Assembly (NCBI GenBank): GCA_949298065.1
Contig: CASFUZ010000001.1
Coordinates: 18,793-82,792, forward strand
Reading direction: 5' to 3'
DNA from: an uncultured Pseudomonadota bacterium
Lineage (GTDB): Bacteria > Pseudomonadota > Alphaproteobacteria > RF32 > CAG-239
Length of the DNA: 64,000 nucleotides
Position numbers and translations under genes: made by a program. Every line of letters begins with the position of its first letter. Position 1 is the stretch's first letter. The notes beneath the pieces are model-generated. The model saw only the letters and a list, made by a program, of their open reading frames with translations, had not been told where the DNA came from and did not search any database. Below are positions 8,908 to 20,000 of the stretch, piece by piece.

Positions 8908-10137
8908 TTAGAAGAAGAAGGTTGCGCGCAAGGAAAGGACTGTCGCGTAATCTGACTTCGGGTTTTCTGCCGGATCAATATAGAACTGAACATCAGGCGT
9001 TAAGGTCATCCATTTTGAAAAGCCCCAAGCCCAATAAGCCTCAATCACTTTTTCGGCATCATGAGCAAGCTCGCTACCGACAGCTTCTTCATCAATCTTG
9101 TTATAAGCAAAAGCCAGACCGATTTGGTCAAGCGGGTTACGGTCCAGCGGGTTGTTGTAAACACCACCCAACACCCAAGACTGATTAATTGTTTCCACAT
9201 GTCCCGAAACACCGTTGATTCTGGCAAAGAGGTTGAGTTTTTCACCAAAGTTTTGGGAGAAGTTCAACGACCAGCCATTGGTGGTTTCGTTTTGCTCTTC
9301 AACTGCCGGCATATTATATAACAAAATAGAATATTGTCCAGCACCCAAACCTTTAATATTTGGTGTATAAGAGATAGAACCGAAGGTGGCATAATGCTCT
9401 TCATCTAAGTTATCAAAACTGACGCTCGGGGCATCTACGTTAGAAGCATCTTGCGCACCAAAGACAAAGGTCCAATCAGAGTTAGGCGCAATCTGTACAT
9501 AAGAACCCAGACCGGCTGTTGCATAAGAGGAGCTTGCATTTTGAGATAAGGCGTAGTTAATGAAATTGACTTCTTGGTTGGAGTTATAAGCCGAGCCGTC
9601 AAAATTAGAAAATGGAAATTGTCCGAGCCCGATAGTCAACCAATCCCATTGTCCGCCGAGCTGATAAGTAAAGAGCAATTCATCAAAACTGGTTGTCGGA
9701 TTATCAGAATCATTAATAGGTGTTGCCGCCCCGATATTGCTGTTAAGCTTCTGAGCCTGAATACCGCCATATTTGGTAACACTATAAGCAGCCGTAACCG
9801 TTCCCGTACCATATTCATTTTGAAAAGCGGTCCAAGATGCGGTCGGGTAAATTACAAACTGCTGTGAGGCTTTTTTGCCGCCTGGAGCGCCGCTTTGCAA
9901 CAGATAAGTCATATCAACCGAATAATCAAAGTTATATTCTTTGCTCAAATAATCCTTAAAATCCGTATAATCATCAGCAAATTTTTTGCGCAGTTCTTCA
10001 TTTGCGGCAATACGTTGTTGTACGCTTTTGGTGGCAAAGACATCAGATGAATCCGCAAAAGAAGAGGGGATTATAGCCGCACTGCTGAGCAAGAAAGAAA
10101 GTAAAAATAATTTTCGGTTCATTTCAAGCATCCTCAT
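8908..10137 (-). CDS. Outer-membrane beta-barrel porin-like protein
   Basis: Signal peptide (MNRKLFLLSFLLSSAAIIPSSFA). Composition rich in G, S, T, N, Y and alternating residues. C-terminal ...SLRATFFF ends in the Phe typical of OMPs. Confidence 0.5.
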   Translation of the reverse strand: MRMLEMNRKLFLLSFLLSSAAIIPSSFADSSDVFATKSVQQRIAANEELRKKFADDYTDFKDYLSKEYNFDYSVDMTYLLQSGAPGGKKASQQFVIYPTASWTAFQNEYGTGTVTAAYSVTKYGGIQAQKLNSNIGAATPINDSDNPTTSFDELLFTYQLGGQWDWLTIGLGQFPFSNFDGSAYNSNQEVNFINYALSQNASSSYATAGLGSYVQIAPNSDWTFVFGAQDASNVDAPSVSFDNLDEEHYATFGSISYTPNIKGLGAGQYSILLYNMPAVEEQNETTNGWSLNFSQNFGEKLNLFARINGVSGHVETINQSWVLGGVYNNPLDRNPLDQIGLAFAYNKIDEEAVGSELAHDAEKVIEAYWAWGFSKWMTLTPDVQFYIDPAENPKSDYATVLSLRATFFF

Positions 10138-10252
10138 ATAATGAAAAAAACAAAGACTGCCTTTTATCTAAACCTTGTTTTTCAAATAAAAAGAGCTGAA
10201 AAGAAAATTTTTTGCATATAAAGATTGACGGAAAAGACAAAATAAGCTATAT

Positions 10253-10921
10253 TTGTCGCAATCAAATAAGAATTATGTCAAACCCATTTATTATATTTTA
10301 ATTATGAAGCGCAACATCACCATGGGACAGATTGAGCAACGTTTGGCCGATTTGTTCCCGATGCAGAAATTGTCTAACGTCATCCGCTTTTCGGCAGCGG
10401 ATTTCAAAGTCGGAGAAGAGCAAATGCACAAAGAGTTGTGTATTTTGTTTTCTTTTAAAAACAGCCGAGTTGAATACTGCTGGGACTTAGATAAAAATAT
10501 AATCTTCGCCAACATTGCGGAGATTAAGTTCAAGCCGATAGAACCGGGAAACACCATCCATCTTAGCGGTAAAGCCTATCGTTTTTATCGCTTTGACAAG
10601 GACATTTGCCTTGAGGTTAGAGATGAACCCAAGCTCAAGACCTTGGCAGATGTCTGGCGGGTATGGAAAAAAATAGAAAAGGACTATAAGGAAGAGTTCC
10701 GCGGCCATTTCTATCCAACCTTCGTCAAGGCCTTGGTGGATGGAAATCAGGGCTGGCTGATTGCAATGAAATATGCGGACAACGGCTACCGCGATATTTT
10801 ATTCATCCGCGCTGACGATGCTGCCGATATCCGCATCCGCCATGCCAAGAGGCTGGTGCACTATGTATATCTGGAAACCCCATCCAAAACAATGGTGGAA
10901 TATCCGGATTACATTAAATAA
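10253..10921 (+). CDS. Hypothetical protein
   Basis: ORF of 222 aa with no recognisable motifs. The start may be internal (MKRN... or MGQIEQ...). A terminator follows the gene. Confidence 0.4.
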   Translation: MSQSNKNYVKPIYYILIMKRNITMGQIEQRLADLFPMQKLSNVIRFSAADFKVGEEQMHKELCILFSFKNSRVEYCWDLDKNIIFANIAEIKFKPIEPGNTIHLSGKAYRFYRFDKDICLEVRDEPKLKTLADVWRVWKKIEKDYKEEFRGHFYPTFVKALVDGNQGWLIAMKYADNGYRDILFIRADDAADIRIRHAKRLVHYVYLETPSKTMVEYPDYIK

Positions 10922-10937
10922 AAAATTTTTATGAACC

Positions 10938-10970
10938 AAGGGTCGTCCGTTTACGGATGACCCTTTTTTG
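10938..10970 (+). terminator. Rho-independent terminator
   Basis: Stem gggtcgtccgt / ggatgaccc around 10940-10963, followed by a T6 run. Confidence 0.65.
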
Positions 10971-10980
10971 TGGTTAAAAC

Positions 10981-11006
10981 AAAACCCCTCAAAGGCGAGG
11001 GGCTTG
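10981..11006 (-). terminator. Rho-independent terminator of the giant autotransporter gene
   Basis: Hairpin cccctcAAAGGCgagggg at 10985-11002. On the minus strand it is followed by TTTTGTTTT. Confidence 0.65.
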
Positions 11007-11009
11007 ATT

Positions 11010-14000
11010 TTAGAATTTATATCCCATACCGGCACTTAGGGCATAACCATCACTCTCTTCCAAGAACTTGTTGGCTTCAAAGTAGAAGTCAAAGCCCTCA
11101 TGCTTATAATCCATACGGAAGGTGAGGATACCGCGGTCGCGTTCGGCATCATAGCTATCCATCTGGTAGCTGCCGACCATTCCGGCAATTCTGGCTCTGG
11201 CGGCCTGATAGGGGTTGTTGAACTCATGATACCATGTTCCGCCGGCGCGCAAGGTCAAATCATTTTCATCTTTAATGCTGAAGGACTTGCGGGCATAAAG
11301 TCCCAAACCGCCTTCAACCGAGAGATTATTAGCCGACTTAACTTCCAAACCGTTCTTTTCTTTAGTGCTGTCTTGATACATACCCAAGACATTAAACTCG
11401 GCAGTCGGTTCCAAAACAACGGCACCCAAGTCAAATTCCTTACGAACTTCATTAGTGATACCATAGTAGTAGTTCTTGGTGTCAGCCTTATTGTCAAATC
11501 CGTCAGCTCTGCGGTTATATTCACCCCAACCGATACCCAAGCGCGGCATAGCAATAGCCTTAAGTCCTTCTGTTGTATAAATCAACGGGGTTAAGACTTG
11601 AGCAATAATTTCATCACGTTCTGAACCATTGTCATAATCACTCTCATATCTCGTGAAGCTTACACCTAAGCCATAACGGAAGTTGCTGTTATATTTGCGG
11701 TCAAACATAGCATAAGCACTCAAAGCTTCGTCTTCATAACCACTCAGCATATCAACATCATTTTGCTCACGATAATCATAGACAAAGTCAAACATCGCCC
11801 GAACATCTTGTGCACTTTGGTTAGCAAACAAAGTTTGGCTCATATGGCGGTTAACAGCCTTCACAATATCCATATTTTGCTTAGCAAAGCTCGGAACAAT
11901 ATCCAGCCCCATCTGACCGGCAACCGCAGCCGTGAAAGAGCTGGCGTCGGGAGCCGATTTCAGAATACTGTACATATCCATGTTGGTTCCCAACGTATAA
12001 TTGTTGGTCAGGAAGTTTGCCACACTGCTATTGTCAACGACATCGGAAAATTCCTTCATTATCATCACAACGTCCTGATTACCGTCTTCATTTGTAACCA
12101 GATATGCGTCAAAGAGGTAAGAACCCGAGCTCAGCTTGAGCCCCGCGTCGGTACCGATAAACGAATCCTCATTAACATAGGTAGTTTTGTTGCCTTCCAT
12201 AACAATATCGGCAGAAGCTGTTACAGGACCTGAATGCTCAGGAGCAATGTAAGAACCTTTGGGCGCAAGCACGAATGTCCCGCTGTTGGCCGCAGACATA
12301 AGGTTAAAGTTAAGCGCGCTTGTCGAGATGACTTGTCCGCTATTAACAAACGTAGCCCCATTTGCAACCTGAATAAAATTACCGCAGCCGGCAGCCGTAC
12401 AACCAGTATTGTCTGTATCAGGGTTAGTGCTTGAAGAAGCCCCCGGATATTCTGTTGAAATAGAAGCCCCGTTCAAGATAATATTGCCATAGTTGGTAAT
12501 AGAACTTCCACTACCTGTTGCATACATACCGACAGCATTAGTTCCATTTACATTGATGGTAGCGCCGGCAGCATTAACCAGAGAAGCCCCGCTAGAAGCA
12601 TACATACCATAAGAAGTTCCGCTACTACTTCCCGTAACCGTAATAGTTCCAGAGTTTGTCGCCGTTCCGCTACCTGTTACAAACATACCGGTAGCATTTG
12701 CAGTTGTACCATTTACACTAATGCTAGATTCAGCAGAGTTAACCAGAGAAGCCCCGTTAGAACCATACATACCATAGGAAGTTCTGCTATCTTTTCCCGT
12801 AACCGTAATAGTTCCAGAGTTTGTCGCCGTTCCGCTACCATTCAAAACTATACCATAGGCTTGCCCATCAGAAACAGAGATATTATTTCTGTTTAGGACA
12901 GTTCCGCCTGTACTGTACATACCATATGAAATTCCGTTACCCGAACCAGTAATGGTTAAAGCTCCATCATTTGTCAAACCACCACCATACAAGCCATAGG
13001 ATGTTCCGTTACCGGTAAGATTAAGGTTAATATTGCCACCATTTGTGAGTATGCCGCCATTATTCATATTGATACCATATCCTTGTGCGGCACTAACAAT
13101 AATGTCAGACATATTACTAACATAATTACCATTACTGAAAATACCATAGGAATAACCGGCACCAGAACCTGTAACACTAATTTTGCCACCGGTAGTATTA
13201 ATAACTCCGCCATACATACCATAAGAAGTTCCGTTCCCCATTCCCGTAACCGTAATGTTTCCGCTATTTGTAAGAGTCCCGTCACCTGTTGCATACATAC
13301 CAGTAGCATTAGCCGCATTTACACTGATGGTACCCCCGGCAGAGTTAACCAGAGAAGCCCCATTTGAACCATACATACCATAAGAAGTTCCGCTGTCTGT
13401 TCCGGTAAGCGTAATTCTTTCTTTGTTTGTGGCAGTTCCACTACCGTTCAATGCAATACCATATCCTTGCTCTGCTGAAACATCGATTTCTGAAGAGTTT
13501 TGAACCGTTCCTCCTGTACTATATATACCATAGGCAGTTCCATTTGCTGTTCCGCTGGCAGTTCCGGTAACTTTTATTACACCGCCATTAGTCAAACTAC
13601 CGCCATACAAACCATAGGATGTCCCGCTTCCCGTAAGATTGAGCGTAATATCTCCACTATTTGTAAGAGTTCCGCTACCATTCATGTTAATACCATAACC
13701 TTGCGCGGCATTAACAATAATGTCAGACTGATTGCTAACATTACCTCCGGTACCAAAAATACCATAAGAAGCTCCCGTGCCAGTACCTGTAACACTAATT
13801 TGGCCATCAGTTGTATTAATAACGCCGCCATACATACCATAAGCAGAAAGTCCTCTAACTGTTATATTTCCTCTATTATTTTGTTGTACAGCAGAAGAAG
13901 AGTAGATACCATAGGCATTACTTTTATCAGAAGAGACATCTATCGTATTAGTGTTGGAAACAGTAATTCCACTGTTTGAATTTGCATAAATACCATAGAC

Positions 14001-17000
14001 ATTATCTGAAGATGTTGAGCCTTTATAATTAACATCAATAGAGCCGGTGTTGGTAATATTTCCGCCGCCCGTTGTGTTTGTAGCATAAATACCTGCAGCA
14101 TTATTTTGAGCGGAGTTAACCGTAAGAGTGCCGGCATTTGTAATTGTACTGTCTGTTGCATAAATAGCAGCAGAAGAGGCTTGCCCGACAGTTATATTGC
14201 TATTGTTCTTGAGCGTACTGTTTGTTGTTCCATACATTGCGTAAGAGCCGGAATAAGAATCACCGATTGATATAGCTTTATTATTTGTTGCCGTGCCACC
14301 GTTAGAAGCAAATAAAGCATAAGCATTATTTGCATTAATTTGAATGGTTCCGTTGTTTGTAATTTCGCTAGCCCCACTGACAGACATAGCTTTTCCCGAA
14401 TTAGACAAGATAATACTTCCGCCGCTGGCATTTTCAGCGGTTCCGCCACTGCCGGAAATAGACAAACCAATACTATTCAAAGCATTAAGCGTAATGGAAC
14501 CGTTGTTTACAAGAGAACCTACTTTAGTGAACAAAGCCGTTGCTCCGCTTTGCAGAACACTAATATTACCAGAATTGGTGATATTTGCGTTTGCGCCATA
14601 CATAGCATAACTTCCTGTTGCGCCATTATTAAGATTTATAGTTCCTGTGTTGGTCAAAGTAGCAGTAACACCGTCAGCAACTTTCATGGCATAAGAATCT
14701 ACGGTATCAACAGTAAGCTTGCCGGAATTTTGTGCAGTACCGCTACCTGTTACATTCATAATTATAGAGTCGGCAAAACTCAAATCAATATCAGCCTGGT
14801 TAATTATTGTACCATTCCGAGTTTGCATCAACACACCAGAGGCCGACATATTAATAACACCGCTAGAGCTGTTGGTAATCTTGCCTTGTTCAGCGTATAA
14901 TGCAATAGAACCGCTGGCGCCTCCGTCTACACTAATCGTACCGCTGTTTGTAAAAGAAGCATTTTGGTTATCAAGCAACACACCGTAAGAATCATCCGAA
15001 TACACGGAAATTGTACCGCTGTTGCTGGATGCCGTGCTTGCTGCCGTACCATCTATCAAAATACCAACATTATTAGTTCCGGAAGCGGCGGTAGATGTAC
15101 CGACATTAATTGTTTTGGTATTCGTTGCATTTCCACCGTTTGCAACATGCATAGCGTTAACATTGCTTGCCGACACGGCGGTATTCAAAGTTCCGTTATT
15201 GGTAATATTCCCCCCCATAGCCTTCATAATATCAGTATCACTCTGATTTAAATTAACAGTACCTGTTGAGGCATTAATAGCATTTCCGCTATTACTTAAG
15301 AAGGCGAGGGAGCCTGTTGCGTTATCGCTAATAGTAATTATACCAATATTTGTAACAGATCCGCCATTACTTTGCAAAGCAACAGAATCTGCAGAATTTA
15401 CATTAATATCCCCCTGATTAGAAGCATTACCTCCGGTAACATTAATACCAACAGAATTAGGAGCTGCAGAATTGTCTGTTCCAATATTAATATCTCCCAG
15501 ATTATAGGCATTTCCACCGGAAACATTCATACCGGTCAGATTACTTCCGCTCAAATTAATAACACCAGAAGCAACATTGTTTAAAGTTCCGCCGGATGTT
15601 CCAATTCCCATTGCGGACATATTGCTACCATTGATATTGATTGTACCATTATTATTGGCCGAGCCACCGTTTGTATAAACGCCAAAGATTTGATTTCCGG
15701 CGTTTGGATTACCAGAGAGAGAAATTGTTGCATTTAAGGCATTAGTAACACTTCCGGAAGAAGTGGAATATAATGCATATAAAGAACCGTTTAGACCGGA
15801 ATTTATAGTAGCAGAAATATTATTTTTGTTTTGAGCATTTGTAACACTTCCTGTTGCATACATGCCATAACCGCCACCGTTTAAGTATATATTATCATTG
15901 TTCGTCAGAGAGCTTCCCCCTGAACCATACATACCATAAGCCCCGGATGCATTAACATTAATCAAGGCATTATTTGTTAAACTTCCGGAGCCGCTTGCAG
16001 ACATACCCTGAGCTCCGGCAGCATTAACGGCAATATAAGTTTTTGTATCTTCAGTATCTGTTCCGTCTTCATTACCGTGAATGGCAGAACCACCACCTTG
16101 TACAGAAAGTCCAACTGAATTTTCACCATCAAGAGTAATATTTCCTGTGTTAAGTAATTTTCCTACAGAAGTAAACATAGCCGTTGAAGAGCTCTGCAAT
16201 ACATCAATGGTAGCAGTATTGGTTATATTGGCACTTTGACCGTACATAGCAAAGGAGTTGCTGCCATCGCCCTCTAAAGTAAACTCACCATTATTAACCA
16301 AGGTAGCTGCAAAACCATCATCAGCCTTGAATCCGTAAGAATTGCTGCCCAGAACATTAATAACGCCGTTTTGTTGGTTTGTAACGGTTCCGGTACCTTG
16401 AATTAAGAAAGCGGTAGAATTATTGCCGTTAACACTAAGAGTTCCGGAATTATCGGCATTATTTGTACCGGAAACGACAATACCTGTAGCATTATCACCT
16501 AAGGCAATAGTTCCTTCATTATAAGTTTGCCCATTAATGGCCTGCATCAATATACCTTCGCCAAACATATTGATGGTACCTTTATTGTATATATCGCCGT
16601 TTTGGGCATATAAAGCAACGGAACCGTCAGCACCTTCCATAATAGATATCGTACCGTTATTAACTAAATCACCGGTATTGTTAATTAGTTTAATTGCATA
16701 AGAATCTTGCGTATAGACATTAATATTACCTTCATTAACAACGGATCCGCCATCCACAAACATACCAATATTATTAGATCCGGTCGCACCATTTCCGGTT
16801 CCCACATTAATTGTTGCATCTGCGGCATTTGTAGCCGTACCTGTTCCTTGGATGTGCATAGCATTAACATTACTCAAATCGCTGTTAATATTAAGCGAAC
16901 CATAATTGGTCAGAGAACCTCCAAGAGATTTCATTAAATCTGTATTGGATTGATTTGAATTAATAATACCGCTTACACCATTAATAGCAGTTCCGCTGTT

Positions 17001-20000
17001 GCTCAAAATAGCATAAGAATTTGTCGCTGTTTCTGAAACATTGATTGTACCATTATTGGTAATAGTACCGGTTTCGGCATCACTCTGCAAACCGACAGAA
17101 TCATTGGAGTTAACATTTATAACACCCTGATTAAAGACCGCACCACCTGTTGTCTGCATACCAATAGAGTCGGATGAAGCCGTAAGTGTTCCTTCATCAT
17201 CAATCGTACCTATATTAATTGTTCCGTTGTTTTTAGCCGTAGCTCCGGCAGAGGTCATACCAATATTATTACTTCCCGTAAGATTAATAACAGCATTTTG
17301 CATATTGGTAAGAGAGCCGGTTGTATCAGATCCAGCATAAGCCATACCGGTAGAATTGCTACCATTAATAAAGATATTACCGAGGTTGGTTCCTTCGCCT
17401 TGGTTAACATAAATACCGAAAGCCTGAGTAAGCATAGAAGCCGTAGAAGCGTTACTATTGATGTAGATATTAGCGTCAGCCGTATTATTTGCAATAGCAC
17501 CGCCATCAGCATAAATGCCATAAGAAATAGAATTATTATCATTATCAGGAACATCAATAGTAATATCGCCTGAATTAACCATTAAGGCATCAGCTCCGTT
17601 TCCATACAAACCTGTACCACCGGCATTCATTAAAATAGTACCGTTATCATTTTTAATAGTTCCGGCGGTAGTATACATTCCCCACCCATACATATTATCA
17701 AAGGTAATTGTACCAAGATTTGTCGCTGTACCACCGGCAATAGAAATACCATATCCTTGTTGAGAATATGAAGGAGAGTTAACGCTACCGGTGAGAGTAA
17801 TGTTATTATTATTAGTAATATTTGCATTAACAGCGGAAGCAGAAGCCTTAATACCGTAGTTATTTTCTCCGGAATAAGTACTGTTTATATTGATAGTTGC
17901 GTTATTATTCGCAATGGCATCTTGTCCAGTCAGTTCAATACCGGTAACATTGCGACCGGACAAGTCAATGATATTATTATTATCTACTAACAAACCTGCT
18001 TTAATACCTGTAGCACCGTTTCCGTTTGTAATTGTGATGGTTCCGTTATTGGTAATTTTACCAGCTTGAGCCACAATACCCGTACTAGCAGCCGTATCAT
18101 TATCATTGATAATAATAGAGGCATCAGTAGCATTTAAAACGTCACCATTTGAAGAAGAAATACCTGTGCCGCCTTGTTCCAAAGTAATGTTACCTAAGTT
18201 CTGTACATATCCTGACGTTGTAGCGATACCCGTACCTCTCTTATGAAAAGTAATACTTCCATCGGCTGTGTTTGTTATATTTGCGGAATCACTAAATATA
18301 CCATAAGAGTCAACACTTGTTGAGCCATCTGTTGAAACCAACACATTCATATCAATAGTACCGTTGTTTATCACATTACCGGCCTGAGCCTGAATGCCAT
18401 AGGATGCTTCTGTAGGTACCCTTGAGGTATTTGAAACAAAAATTCCGGCACCATTTGTACCGTTATTAGTAGCTGTTCCATCTTCAATAAAGATACCTTG
18501 AGCCCCATCAGCATTGTAAATCGTAATAGTACCGTTGTTAATGGCTTGAGCATTGGTCAGATTTTGTTTAATTGCTGCTCCGGATTCGCCGGTAGAAGTA
18601 TCACCGCTACCATCAGCACTGTCTGAACCAGAAGTTTGACTATCTGTTGTCGGATCACCAGATTTCAAAACCATACCTGCGCCACTATTTTGTAAGGTAA
18701 TATTTGCGCCTTCGCTGTTAGTTAGGATACCGGTATTTGTGCGCATACCGGTACTATCATTTTGCATTGTGATGGTGCCGTTATTGGTTACTTTACCACC
18801 ATTAAAGGAAGCCATACCGAAACCATCGGTACTGGTAACCTCAATTATTCCTGTTTCTGCATTTGTCAGAGTAGGAGCTAAAGCATCAATCTCAGAGTTG
18901 TTCCCTTGGCCGCGAACGCTAAGCATACCATAATTACCCATACCACCAACAACGGAAATAATATTTTCATTGCTGATAGTGCCACCATGAACAGCTTGCA
19001 TGCCAGCACCGGCATTATCCACCCCGGTAGACAACAGTAAACTGATATTTCCTTCATTAAGTGCGGTAGTTTTTGCATCGGCACGCATACCTACAATACC
19101 GCCATTACCCATAAGTAAAGTATTTTCATCAGGGGCATAAGTTCCCGTACCGGAAAGAGTGTAATTAAGAGAGATGTTTCCATTTAAGGTATTTGTAAGG
19201 TACAAGCTGCTTGCCCGCCGAATTAATTTTGTGCCATCTAAGAAGTCTTGATCCAGATACCCGCCCATTCCGATGAGAGAGGTTTTAATTGCGGCAGAAT
19301 CGCTTTGTGCATTAAGTGTTATATTTGCATTATTTGAAGCAGTTGCTGCAGGAGTAAGGCTCGGGTAAGGAACTTCATTGATTGTTCTAACTTCCATACC
19401 TATAATCGTACCGGCATTAGCTGTTGTCGTTGTATCACCGCTGGTTCCAGAACCACCTGTAGAACCGCTGACATCAATGGTATTACCGGTAATATTCCCA
19501 AAATTTAGGATAGAAGAATAAGTATCGGCATACATACCGATAATAGTATCCTGATTATTAAAACCTTTAAATTGTAGATTTATGTCACCGCTTTGGTTTG
19601 TTGCGACAGAATGGTTACCGGCAATCATACCGAAAGCCCCATTTTGTGCTAAAATTTTAAGAGTACCGTAATTTGTTGCCTGGCTATAATCATCAGCAGC
19701 CATTCCGACAGAAGCCTCACCGATTGTAATCATCGGAGCATTAGAGCCGGCATCTTCAGAACCATTGATAACAGAAGAATTATTGCGCGCCTTCATTCCG
19801 ACTTTAAGATAGACCGCATAATCCAAAATGTTTCCGTTAAGGTCAATAAGATTGACCAATTGCTGAAGTTCACTTCCCCCATTGGCATTAGGGACAACGA
19901 CTGAAGAATTGTTGCTGACGGTAAAGTCATTTGTTTGAGCCCCATCAGCCTGATTCGTAATAGTTTTGTTATTATCAGCAAAATAAGTAATAGGTTTATA

